Shown here: positions 1-8,900 of the stretch, in pieces
Position numbering within the stretch: position 1 is the stretch's first letter
Layout: every line of letters begins with the position of its first letter
NCBI GenBank assembly: GCA_041480905.1
Contig: JBGPAW010000001.1
Coordinates: 1-34,514 of the forward strand
Direction of reading: 5' to 3'
Length of the DNA: 34,514 nt
From: Phycisphaerae bacterium
GTDB lineage: Bacteria > Planctomycetota > Phycisphaerae > UBA1845
Notes under the pieces: model-generated
The model's database searches: none
Told to the model about the DNA's origin: nothing
What the model saw: only the letters and a program-made list of their open reading frames with translations
Position numbers and translations under genes: made by a program

Positions 1-396
1 CCGCCGCCGGCGTCCACCCGGCGGAGACCGGTGGCACGGAAAAAGGTGATGATCTCGTTGCTCATGCCGGCCGACGGCGGGCCTTCGGTGAGATAGAGCA
101 GGTCTTCAGCGGCGTAACCCGTCTCTTCCAGAAGCTCGCGGCGGGCGGCGGCGGCCAAGGCTTCGCCCTCCTCGCCGGGGACGTCGCCGACCAATCCCGC
201 GGGAAGCTCGATCACAGAGGTCCGCACCGGTTCGCGGTACTGCTCGGTCAGCAGCAAGCGGCTCTCGTCGGTGACCGCCAGGATGGCTACGACGCCGCGC
301 CTATGCGGTCGCTCGGCGAACTCCCAGCCGCGGCGGTTCACCAGGCGGAGGTGCCGGCCCTGCGCGAGGACTACCTTATCAGCGCTGTCGTCCATG
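1..396 (-). CDS. NUDIX hydrolase (ADP-ribose pyrophosphatase-like); C-terminal part lies beyond the window edge
   Basis: Own minus-strand translation from ATG at 396..394: MDDSADKVVLAQGRHLRLVNRRGWEFAERPHRRGVVAILAVTDESRLLLTEQYREPVRTSVIELPAGLVGDVPGEEGEALAAAARRELLEETGYAAEDL... It contains the Nudix box core E-x7-RELLEETGY. It is absent from the ORF track because no stop codon lies inside the window. Confidence 0.8.
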
Positions 397-470
397 AGTT
401 GTCACCACCCAGGCCCCCGCGCTCCCCTTCGGGTCGCGGCTAAACACCCTCTTGCCTCTTGCCTGGTGGC

Positions 471-2156
471 CTATTCTCTCACAGAACCGGCGGGCGCAAA
501 GAGCTGCACGGACTGGACGGTCTCCTCGATGCGGTTTTGCCAGGTCCGCCGGTTCTGGGAAGCGAGTAGCTGGAGGCTGCGGACGACGCGCGGATCGAAC
601 TGCGTCCCGGCGCAACGCTGAAGCTCATCAAGGGCCTTTTCTATGGAGCGGCGTTTGCGGTAAACCCGGTCGGTGGTCATGGCGTCGAAGGCATCGGCCA
701 CCAGGAGGATGCGGGCCCCCACGGGAATCTGTTCGCCCTTAAGTCCGGCGGGATGGCCTTGCCCGTCGAAGTGTTCCCGTTGGTGGCGGATGATTTGCAG
801 TTCCGATTCCAGAATGTGCAGATGGTCGATGATGCGCGTGCTGATCAGCGGCACCTGCTGCATGACCCGCTGCTCCAGTTCGGTGAGGCGTGAGGGCTTC
901 AGCAGAATGCGATCGGGAATGCCCACTTTGCCGACGTCGTGCAGCAAAGCGGCGTTACGCACCGACAAGGCCAACGCTTCCCCACACCCCAGGTTCTGGG
1001 CGAGCTGTTCGGCATAGTACCCTACGTTCATGGAATGCTGGGCGGTGTAGGGATCTTTCTCCTCCAACGCCTGGACCAGGGCCCGGACGCTCTGGACGTA
1101 GACCTCCTTGGTCTGCACGCTCAAAACCGCCACCCGTTTGCGCAGCTCCTCCACCTCCTGGGTCTGGATCATGGCGGCCAATTGGTCGCCTTCCTCCTCG
1201 ACGTCGCGCGCCATGCACACCTGATTGCGGCCGTAGCGTTTGGAGACGTACAAGGCGCGGTCGGCCAGCTCCACCAGCTCCGCGGGGGTGCGCACGCGGG
1301 GATCCTCGGCGCTGGCGACCCCCAGCGAAACGGTAATGATATGGTCCCGGATGGATTCCACGCCCAGTTGGTCGCAGACGTTAAGCCGAATGCGCTCGGC
1401 CAGGGCAGCGGCGTCGTCGAGGGTGGCCTCCGGAGCCACTACGGCGAATTCGTCCCCCCCGAAACGTCCCAAGGTGTCCACCTCGCGGGTCGTGCTGCGG
1501 AGGATGCGGGCCACGGCCTCCAGAACGTCATTGCCGACCAGATGCCCGTAGGTGTCGTTGACCGCCTTGAAGTAGTCAATGTCCATCATGATCAAGGACA
1601 TGGGCGATCCGTAGCGCCGGGAGCGTTTCCATTCGTTCTCGAGGATGCGATTGAGGTGATCGTGGTTGTACAGCCCGGTCAAGGCGTCGGTCACCGCGGC
1701 CTGTTGCAGGCGGCGCTGCATTTCCCAGGTGCGTAGGCCGACGCGCAGACGTGCCGACAACTCCCGTAAATCCACCGGCTTGGTCAGGTAATCGTCCGCG
1801 CCGGCTTCCAGCGCCTCATACTTGCGCGTGGCCGCATCGTGGGCCGTCATCATAATGAAGAAGGTGCCCGCGGCGCCCGCGTCGGCGCGGAGGTGTTGGA
1901 GCAGCGTGGGACCATCCATCGTCGGCATGCACCAATCGCACAGCACCACCTTAGGATGATCCTGCAAGATGAGCTGTAACCCGGCCTGACCGTCCGGCGC
2001 CTCGATCCAGGTCAATCCGATGCGTTCGAGATGGGCCTGGACCAATCGCCGCGTGTCCTGGTCGTCATCGATGATGCAGACGTCGTACACCGTGCTATCC
2101 CCGAGCCTCGGGTGCGGGCGTGTACCGTTCACGCGGCGCTGGACCTTCCCACGCAA
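471..2156 (-). CDS. Response regulator with REC + GGDEF (diguanylate cyclase) + HD-GYP (c-di-GMP phosphodiesterase-like) domains
   Basis: 561-aa ORF. REC: VCIIDDDQD...VVLCDWCMPTMDG. GGDEF: REVDTLGRFGGDEFAVVA, with an RxxD I-site 5 residues upstream. HD-GYP: LLHDVGKVGIP...HQREHFDGQGHPAGL...DAFDAMTTDRVYR. The track start is TTG at 2156. An in-frame GTG at 2090, preceded by GGGGA, is an alternative start. Confidence 0.85.
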   Translation of the reverse strand: MRGKVQRRVNGTRPHPRLGDSTVYDVCIIDDDQDTRRLVQAHLERIGLTWIEAPDGQAGLQLILQDHPKVVLCDWCMPTMDGPTLLQHLRADAGAAGTFFIMMTAHDAATRKYEALEAGADDYLTKPVDLRELSARLRVGLRTWEMQRRLQQAAVTDALTGLYNHDHLNRILENEWKRSRRYGSPMSLIMMDIDYFKAVNDTYGHLVGNDVLEAVARILRSTTREVDTLGRFGGDEFAVVAPEATLDDAAALAERIRLNVCDQLGVESIRDHIITVSLGVASAEDPRVRTPAELVELADRALYVSKRYGRNQVCMARDVEEEGDQLAAMIQTQEVEELRKRVAVLSVQTKEVYVQSVRALVQALEEKDPYTAQHSMNVGYYAEQLAQNLGCGEALALSVRNAALLHDVGKVGIPDRILLKPSRLTELEQRVMQQVPLISTRIIDHLHILESELQIIRHQREHFDGQGHPAGLKGEQIPVGARILLVADAFDAMTTDRVYRKRRSIEKALDELQRCAGTQFDPRVVRSLQLLASQNRRTWQNRIEETVQSVQLFAPAGSVRE

Positions 2157-2235
2157 CTACCTCATCGGAGGCCAGCCGGGCAGGCTTGGCTTGAAAACCC
2201 ACCGGACGGCCGCCGCCCGGTTTATCGGGCTCAGC

Positions 2236-2895
2236 CTACCTCAGTTCGACGTTCCAGTAGGCGTTATCGAGGAATTGCTTCCAGGAATGGTACTTGGAAC
2301 TGGACAGGGCCAGGTGCAGCACCGGGCTGAAGCGCGGTTTGGACGGCGGCTTGACGAGTTTCATGCCGGCCTCGCCGGGTGTCCGTCCGCCTTTGCGGAC
2401 GTTGCACTTGAGACAGGCGCAGACCACGTTTTCCCAAGTGGTGACGCCGCCGCGGGAACGCGGCACGATGTGGTCCAGGCTCAGCTCGGAGGAGTTGAAC
2501 TTCTTGCCGCAATACTGGCAACGGCTCATGTCGCGGGCATAGATGTTGCGGCGGTTGAACTTGACGTCGTGCCGTGGGAGTCGGTTGAAACGCAGCACGC
2601 GGATGATACGCGGCACGGCGATGTCGAAGCGGATGGTACGGACCCAGTCGTGCTCGGCCGGGGCGAACTCCCGCTTGAATTCACTCAGTTCGCACCAGTC
2701 CTGGAAATTGTACGAGACGTACCGCCCGTCCTCGACGTTCACGACTTCCGCGACCGGTTCGTCGCGCTGGTCCCGCTTAAACAGCAGCGCGAACGCCCGG
2801 CGCACGTCGATGACGCGCAGGGCAACATAGTGCGCGTTGAGCATCAGCACCTGGCAGTCCAGGCCGCTGCCCGCGCGAACACCCGGGTTAGCCAC
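2236..2895 (-). CDS. HNH endonuclease family protein (McrA-like, stand-alone)
   Basis: 219-aa ORF with CQYCGKKFNSSELSLDHIVPRSRGGVTTWENVVCACLKCNVRKGGRTP. This is the CxxC...DH...N...CxxCN HNH zinc-finger nuclease signature. Confidence 0.8.
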   Translation of the reverse strand: MANPGVRAGSGLDCQVLMLNAHYVALRVIDVRRAFALLFKRDQRDEPVAEVVNVEDGRYVSYNFQDWCELSEFKREFAPAEHDWVRTIRFDIAVPRIIRVLRFNRLPRHDVKFNRRNIYARDMSRCQYCGKKFNSSELSLDHIVPRSRGGVTTWENVVCACLKCNVRKGGRTPGEAGMKLVKPPSKPRFSPVLHLALSSSKYHSWKQFLDNAYWNVELR

Positions 2896-3001
2896 CGCTT
2901 CGAGTGCGAAAGCGACACCTCCTCACGCCCCCTCGCCCCTCACCAGCGCCTCATTCTAGACGTTCTCGGGCGCCAACTCAAGCGTCCTGTGGGATAGTGG
3001 G

Positions 3002-4006
3002 TTACTCGATGCCCTGTTCGGCCAACCAGCGTTCGGCGTCGATCGCGGCTTTGCAGCCCATGCCCGCCGCGGTGACGGCCTGCCGGTAGACGGAATCCAC
3101 CACGTCGCCCGCGGCGAAGACGCCCGCCACGTTGGTCGTGGAACGGTACGGGTCCTTCAGCTTGACGTAGCCCTTGGGGTCCAGTTCGAGCTGCCCCCCC
3201 AAGAAGCGCGTGTTGGGGGTGTGCCCGATGGCCAGAAAGAACCCGCGGATGTTCAGCTCGGGGAGGGCCCGGGTTGTGACGTTCCGCAGGCGCACCCCGG
3301 TCACGCCGTCGGTATCGTTGCCGAGAACTTCTTCCGGTATCGAATTCCAGACCACTTTGATTTTGGGGTGGTGGAGCACGCGCTCCTGCATGATCTTGCT
3401 GGCGCGGAGTTGATCGCGACGGTGGACGACGTACACCGGGTTGGAGAATTTGGTCATGTACAAGGCCTCTTCCATGGCTGAGTCGCCGCCTCCGATCACC
3501 GCCACGGGCACGTCACGGAAGCGCGGGAAGGCCCCGTCACAGGTGGCGCAGGCCGTCACGCCCAGCCCGGCCTTGCGATAATACGTCTCGCTGGGCAGCC
3601 CCAGCCAGTTGGCCGAGGCGCCCGTGGCGATGATGACCGCGTGGGCCGACACCGTGGCGTCGTCGCTGTCGGCGAGCGTGAAAGGTCGCTTCGAGAAATC
3701 GACCCTCTCCACGTTGGCGCCCTTGACCCGGACGCCGAAACGCAGGGCCTGGTCGCGGAAGGCCTGCATCATCTCCGGCCCGTTCACGCCGTGGGGGAAG
3801 CCGGGGTAATTCTCCACCTCGGTGGTGAACATGAGTTGCCCGCCGGGGATCATCTCGCTGTCCGAGGCGACGGCCCCTTCGAACACGAGCGGGACCAGGT
3901 TGGCGCGGGCGGCGTAGATCGCCGCCGTCCAACCGGCCGGGCCGGACCCGACGACTACCACTTTTTCCGCGTTGGCGTTAGCTGACATCGTGGTTGATCT
4001 CTCCAA
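3002..4006 (-). CDS. trxB: Thioredoxin-disulfide reductase
   Basis: 334-aa ORF. FAD motif VVVGSGPAGWTAAIYAAR, redox-active CATCDG, NADPH motif VIGGGDSAMEEA, C-terminal GVFAAGDV. Confidence 0.93.
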   Translation of the reverse strand: MERSTTMSANANAEKVVVVGSGPAGWTAAIYAARANLVPLVFEGAVASDSEMIPGGQLMFTTEVENYPGFPHGVNGPEMMQAFRDQALRFGVRVKGANVERVDFSKRPFTLADSDDATVSAHAVIIATGASANWLGLPSETYYRKAGLGVTACATCDGAFPRFRDVPVAVIGGGDSAMEEALYMTKFSNPVYVVHRRDQLRASKIMQERVLHHPKIKVVWNSIPEEVLGNDTDGVTGVRLRNVTTRALPELNIRGFFLAIGHTPNTRFLGGQLELDPKGYVKLKDPYRSTTNVAGVFAAGDVVDSVYRQAVTAAGMGCKAAIDAERWLAEQGIE

Positions 4007-4175
4007 TTACCGTTGTCGTGCCCGCGAAGGATAAGCGAGACGAGCGTTTTCGTCCAAGGAGGCCATCCCCTCCGCCGGAAGTACGGGCGTTGACACCGCA
4101 GGGTCGTGTTCATACGCTACCGGTCCGACCCGGCGGCGTGGTCCGGGGGAAACAACCGTAGCACCAGGTGCCAGC

Positions 4176-5267
4176 GTGAGACCATCTCCCCTGCACAGCC
4201 TGCACGTCCAATTAGGCGCCAAGCTCGTGGAATTCGCCGGCTGGAACATGCCGGTGATGTACCGGGGCATCATCGAGGAGCACCACTACACCCGCAGCGC
4301 CGCGTCGTGGTTCGACGTCTCGCACATGGGGCGGTTACGCTTCGTTGGCGACGAGGTGGAGACTGGTTTGCAACGCCTCTGCACGCGGAATCTCGCCGGG
4401 ATGGAGGTTGGCCAGTGCCGCTACTCGCACGTCTGCCGCCCGGACGGCGGGATTCTGGATGACGTGATCGTCTCGCGGGACGAGCACCATTGGGGGATGG
4501 TCTGCAACGCCTCCAACCGCGAGAAGATCGTGAGTTGGATCAGGCAGCAGACGGCCGGATGCCGGTTTGAGCTCATCGACGAGACCCTGGAGACGGCCAT
4601 GGTGGCCGTCCAGGGCCCCCAGGCGGTGGCGGAATGCACCCGCCTGCTTCCGCTCGACCTGCAAACGATCGGGCGGTACCGCTTCATCTCCGGAACGTAC
4701 CTGACCTTCCGCTACGCCATCTTCCGGAGCGGGTACACCGGCGAGGACGGCTTCGAGATCGTCCTGCCGGCCAAGGCGGTCCCGTTGGTGGCCCCGAAGC
4801 TGCTGGGCGACGATGCGGAGGCGGACGCTGCGCTCCTGAAGCCGGCCGGTTTGGGAGCCCGCGACTCCCTGCGTCTGGAGGCGGCCATGCCGCTGTACGG
4901 GCACGAACTGACCGAAGAGTGGGATTCGCTCACCGCCGGACAGGCGTGGTGTGTGGATCTGGAGAAGGACTTCATCGGGGCGGAGGCGATGCGCCGGTTC
5001 AAAGCCTTCGGTCTCAAACGCACCCTCGTGGGTTTGGAGCTCGAAGGCCGACGGACGGCCCGGCCGGGATACGCGGTCTGTGCCGGCGACCGCACCGTCG
5101 GCAAGGTGACCAGCGGCTGTCTCAGCCCCACGCTGGGCAAGAGTATCGCCATGGCCCTGATCGACACGGAGTGGGCCGACGCCGGCCGGGAGTTGCAAGT
5201 GGATTTCAACGGCAAGCCCCATGCCGCCCAGGCGGTGAAGCTGCCGTTCTATAAACGCAGCAAGTAG
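4176..5267 (+). CDS. gcvT: Glycine cleavage system aminomethyltransferase (T protein)
   Basis: 363-aa ORF with GTG start. The N-terminus PLHSLHVQLGAKLVEFAGWNMPVMY, plus FDVSHMG and RSGYTGEDGFEI, are typical of GcvT. gcvH follows directly. Confidence 0.92.
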   Translation: MRPSPLHSLHVQLGAKLVEFAGWNMPVMYRGIIEEHHYTRSAASWFDVSHMGRLRFVGDEVETGLQRLCTRNLAGMEVGQCRYSHVCRPDGGILDDVIVSRDEHHWGMVCNASNREKIVSWIRQQTAGCRFELIDETLETAMVAVQGPQAVAECTRLLPLDLQTIGRYRFISGTYLTFRYAIFRSGYTGEDGFEIVLPAKAVPLVAPKLLGDDAEADAALLKPAGLGARDSLRLEAAMPLYGHELTEEWDSLTAGQAWCVDLEKDFIGAEAMRRFKAFGLKRTLVGLELEGRRTARPGYAVCAGDRTVGKVTSGCLSPTLGKSIAMALIDTEWADAGRELQVDFNGKPHAAQAVKLPFYKRSK

Positions 5268-5350
5268 GGTGGGCGCCGCCCACCCTCGTGGGATACGTCG
5301 AGGCGTTTGGGTGGGCCATGCCCACCTTACAGCACAGGTGGACCCGAGCA

Positions 5351-5734
5351 ATGAGCATACCGAGCGACAGAAAGTATTCCAAGACCCATGAGTGGTATCT
5401 GGGGAGCGGTGACGTGGTGACCATGGGCATCACCCAATTCGCCGCCGATGAACTGACCGACATCACCTACGTGGAATTGCCCGCCCCGGGTACGCGGGTG
5501 GAGGCCGGGCAACCCTGCGGGGAGTTGGAGTCGGTCAAAGCCACCTCGGACCTGCTCTGCGCGGTGAGCGGCGAGGTTCTCGAGCGGAATGAGGTGCTGG
5601 CCGACCACCCCGAGAAAATCAACGAGGACGCCTTCGGCGCGGGTTGGATGCTGAAGATTCGGGTCCCGGACTTGTCGCCGCTGGGGTCGTTACTGGACGC
5701 CGCCGCCTACGCGAAACACATCGCCGAGGCGTAA
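5351..5734 (+). CDS. gcvH: Glycine cleavage system H protein (lipoyl carrier)
   Basis: Internal ATG of track ORF 5288..5734 gives MSIPSDRKYSKTHEWY..., the typical GcvH N-terminus and size (~127 aa). The lipoyl-lysine motif is GELESVKATSDL. The 5288 start would add an atypical 21-aa extension. Confidence 0.9.
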   Translation: MSIPSDRKYSKTHEWYLGSGDVVTMGITQFAADELTDITYVELPAPGTRVEAGQPCGELESVKATSDLLCAVSGEVLERNEVLADHPEKINEDAFGAGWMLKIRVPDLSPLGSLLDAAAYAKHIAEA

Positions 5735-5889
5735 CGCCGTTGTGAGCCTGTCAGAAGAAATGCCCTCACTCCGGGCTACCCTGCCCGCAGTCCGGATCGC
5801 AGGCCCGGCTTTTGACGGGTTCGGAGGGTGGGAGCTATGATGGCGGCGATCAAGCTAACTCTTTGTAGTAACCGATGATACGGTAGCTG

Positions 5890-7668
5890 ATGAAGGGTCG
5901 CGGGACCATGAAACCCCTGATGCTCGGTTTGGCGGCGGTCGGAGTCCTGCTAAGCGGCGTGTCCTGCGGCGCGGGCGGGACGGGGAACATCGAGAAGCCC
6001 CGCGACCAGCGTTTCCGGGCCGACGCCGGCAAGGACGGGCTGGCCGGCGAGGGCGACGCTGCCACGCTGCGCGCGGTCGGCACCAACGGTACGGAACCGT
6101 TCCTCTTCCGGTGGAGTGTGGAACGGACTCCGGAGGGAGCCGCGGAAGTCACGCTGACCAACGAAACCTCCGCCGAGACCACCACCAGTCCGCTGAACAC
6201 CCAGGGCCGCTACGTCTTCCGCGTGGTGGTGGTTGACGCGGCCGGTAAGGACGCTTACTCCTTCGTCACCGTAGACGTGGGCCCGCCGGGGACCGGGACG
6301 ACCACCGCTTTGGAGGTCTCCATCGAAGGGCCTTCAACCATCGCCCCCGGCGAAACGGGAGAACTCCGCGCCATGGTCTCGTCCGAAGGCGAGTTTACCT
6401 ATTTGTGGGAGGTGGTGACGGACAGCCCCGTCAACTTCAAGTCGCCGGACCGGGCGGTGACGGCCTTCACCGTCGACAATCCCGGCACGGTGGTGGTGCG
6501 GGTGACGGTCCGGGACGAAGCCGCCCACGCCGTAGGCGCGGCGGAATGGTCGATCGAAGCGGCTATCGCAGGCGCGCTGACCGTCACCGTGGCGGGACCC
6601 GACAGTGCCAAACTCGAGGAGGTCTTCGAGGTCACCGCGTCGGTCTCCAACAGCAACGGCGCGGTCACTTACGCCTGGACGGTGACCGACGGAGGGGCGG
6701 AACTCACCAACTCCAACGGGGCGATGGTGAGCGTGCGTCCGACCGCGGTCGGACGGCTGGCGGTGCAGGTGGAAGTCACGGACCCGCTCGACGGCGAAAC
6801 GGCCACCGCGGAGTACGTCGTCACGGTCAACCCCGCGTCCGGGACTTTGACCGTCCGCGCGACCGGCCCGGACATCCTGAGAGTCGGCGAGGAGGGCAGC
6901 CTGACATCCGAGGTGGACGGCGCCGCGGCTTCCGACGAGCTCGCCTACACGTGGGAAATCGTGTCCGGGGACGGGCACCTGCACAGTCCGCAACAGGCCG
7001 AGACCGCGATCGACGCCACGAAGGGCGAGACCCTGAAGGTCCATCTGCGGGTGACCGCGACCGGCAGCGAGGGCACCAAGGTCGGCGAGGCGGATGTCTT
7101 TGTGGTCACCATTAGCGAAGACCGACCGGAAGTCGTGCTCACCATCACGGGATTCGGGGAGATGGTTTTTGAGCTTCGGGCCGACGTCGCGCCGAAGAGC
7201 GTCGCGAACTTCCTGCACTATGTGGACGACGGCTTCTACGACGGCCTGGTGATCCATCGCGTGATATCGGACTTTGTAATTCAAGGGGGCGGCTACCGCC
7301 CGACCGCCGACGGCGGCTTAGAGCCAGTGGATGTTCGTGATCCGGTCTCCGGCGAGGCCGACAACGGCTTGAGTAACGTCCGGGGCACGGTGGCGATGGC
7401 CTTACGCGGCGAAGACGTCGATTCCGGTACGTCGCAGTGGTTCGTCAACCTGGTGGACAACGACGGATCGGGTACTACGACCAATCTCGACGAACGGCAC
7501 TTCACGGTCTTTGCCTCAGTGACTGAGGGGATGGAGGTCGTGGAGGCGATCGCCGCCGTGGAGACCGAAAGTCGCCCCGAGCTGTCCGGCTCGGAAACGT
7601 CCATTCCCGTGGAAGACGTGGTGATCGAATCCGTCGTCCGGCGGGAGGCCCCGTCGGGAGGCGGCTAA
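5890..7668 (+). CDS. Secreted or lipoprotein with ~4 PKD/Ig-like repeats fused to a C-terminal cyclophilin-type peptidyl-prolyl isomerase
   Basis: 592-aa ORF. The signal/lipobox-like N-terminus is MKPLMLGLAAVGVLLSGVSCG. Four ~90-aa repeats each contain an (F/Y)xW(S/E/T)V motif (FLFRWSVE, FTYLWEVV, VTYAWTVT, LAYTWEIV). The C-terminus FELRADVAPKSVANFLHYVDDGFYDGLVIHRVISDFVIQGGGY...GTVAMA...SQWFVNL...FASVTEGMEVVEAI matches cyclophilin PPIases. ATG at 5908 is an alternative start. Confidence 0.8.
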   Translation: MKGRGTMKPLMLGLAAVGVLLSGVSCGAGGTGNIEKPRDQRFRADAGKDGLAGEGDAATLRAVGTNGTEPFLFRWSVERTPEGAAEVTLTNETSAETTTSPLNTQGRYVFRVVVVDAAGKDAYSFVTVDVGPPGTGTTTALEVSIEGPSTIAPGETGELRAMVSSEGEFTYLWEVVTDSPVNFKSPDRAVTAFTVDNPGTVVVRVTVRDEAAHAVGAAEWSIEAAIAGALTVTVAGPDSAKLEEVFEVTASVSNSNGAVTYAWTVTDGGAELTNSNGAMVSVRPTAVGRLAVQVEVTDPLDGETATAEYVVTVNPASGTLTVRATGPDILRVGEEGSLTSEVDGAAASDELAYTWEIVSGDGHLHSPQQAETAIDATKGETLKVHLRVTATGSEGTKVGEADVFVVTISEDRPEVVLTITGFGEMVFELRADVAPKSVANFLHYVDDGFYDGLVIHRVISDFVIQGGGYRPTADGGLEPVDVRDPVSGEADNGLSNVRGTVAMALRGEDVDSGTSQWFVNLVDNDGSGTTTNLDERHFTVFASVTEGMEVVEAIAAVETESRPELSGSETSIPVEDVVIESVVRREAPSGGG

Positions 7669-7781
7669 GCTGGTGTCCCAGTGAAACTGCAACTTATCCG
7701 AAACGCGACCGTGAGGGAGCGGCGCACCGTTGGCGCCGGCCGGTTTCTCCATTATGATGACGTCAGATGAGGCAGGATGGA

Positions 7782-8895
7782 ATGACCATGCTCGAAGACC
7801 CGGCGGTGATGTTTAAGGACATGTCGTCCCGGATCAACGCGATTCGGGACTCTCTTTGACCTCGCCGGCAAGTCGGCGGAACTGGCGGCGCTGCAGCGTG
7901 ACATGGCGGCCCCGGACTTCTGGGACCACCCCGTCCGCGTCCAGGAGGTCACCGGGCAGCTCAAGAAGGTCAAGGCCGTCGTGGAGCTGTTCGAGCAGCT
8001 CGAGGCCCAGGTGGGCGAAGCCCGGGCCATGCTGGAACTGCTCGAGGAAGAGGACGACGCCGAGACCCGCCGGGAACTGGAGTCCGGGCTGACCCGGTTG
8101 CAGGCCGAGATCGACCGGGCTGAGTTGCTCACCCTCCTCGCCCGTCCGAACGACACGCGCGACTGCTATTTCAACATCCAGGCCGGTGCCGGCGGCGCCG
8201 ACGCCCAGGACTGGGCCGAAATGCTCATGCGCATGTACTTGCGCTATTTCGAGCGCACTGGATATGAGGTCGAGCAGCTTTCCATGAAGGTGGGCGAAGA
8301 GGCGGGCATTCAATCGGCCAGCTTCCTGGTCAAGGGGACCTACGCCTACGGGTACCTGTCCTGCGAGACGGGCGTGCACCGGCTGGTCCGCATTTCGCCG
8401 TTCAACGCCCAGGGCAAGCGCCAGACCAGCTTCGCCTCGGTTGACGTCCAGCCGGTGATCGACGACATTCAGATCGACGTGGATTGGGAGAAGGACGTGC
8501 GCGAAGACGTTTTCCGCTCCAGCGGGGCGGGCGGACAGCACGTCAACAAAACCTCGTCGGCCATTCGCCTGACGCACCTGCCCACCGGCATGGCCGTACA
8601 GTGCCAGAACGAGCGCTCGCAGCACAAGAATCGGGCCCAGGCGCGCAAGATGCTGACGGCCAGACTCTATCTCATGGAGGAAACCAAGCGCGATGCCGAA
8701 CTGGCTAAGATCTACGGCGAGAAGGGCCAGATTGCCTGGGGCAACGCCATCCGGAGTTACTTCCTGTACCCGGAGCAGCGCGTAAAAGACGGGCGCACCG
8801 GGCACGTGACCTCCAACCCCACCCGCGTGCTGGATGGTGACCTCCAGGATTTCATCAACGCCGAACTGCGCCGCCGCGCCGCCGAACGACACTAG
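7782..8895 (+). CDS. prfB: Peptide chain release factor 2, expressed via programmed +1 ribosomal frameshift (frame 0: 7782..7856; frame +1: 7858..8895)
   Basis: Own translation gives ATG 7782 ... MTMLEDPAVMFKDMSSRINAIRDSL, then an in-frame TGA at 7857..7859 in the context CTT TGA C. The +1 frame continues DLAGKSAELAALQRDMAAPDFWDH... into track ORF 7903..8895. That ORF carries the RF2 SPF motif (RISPFNAQGKRQTSFASV) and GGQ (SSGAGGQHVNKT). Confidence 0.92.
7845..7860 (+). promoter_or_regulatory. RF2 autoregulatory +1 frameshift site (CGG GAC TCT CTT TGA C)
   Basis: The slippery CTT plus a UGA-C weak stop lies at 7854..7860. A weak SD-like GGGA sits a few nt upstream. The arrangement matches the canonical prfB recoding site. 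Confidence 0.85.
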
Positions 8896-8900
8896 GCAGC

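Noticed and set aside
4007-4175. Possible glycine riboswitch upstream of gcvT, prompted by GGAGGCCATCCCCTCCGCCGGAAGTACGGG.
   Set aside because: - I could not find the conserved glycine-aptamer cores as I remember them (ACCGAAGGGGCAA-type segment, CTCTGGAGAG, tandem aptamers).
- CGCCGGAAG is only a loose resemblance.
- A cmsearch with RF00504 would settle it.
5770-5810. Possible intrinsic terminator after gcvH (CCGG-loop-CCGG followed by CTTTT).
   Set aside because: - The stem is only 4 bp with a 9-nt loop.
- The T-run is short.
- This is too weak to call.
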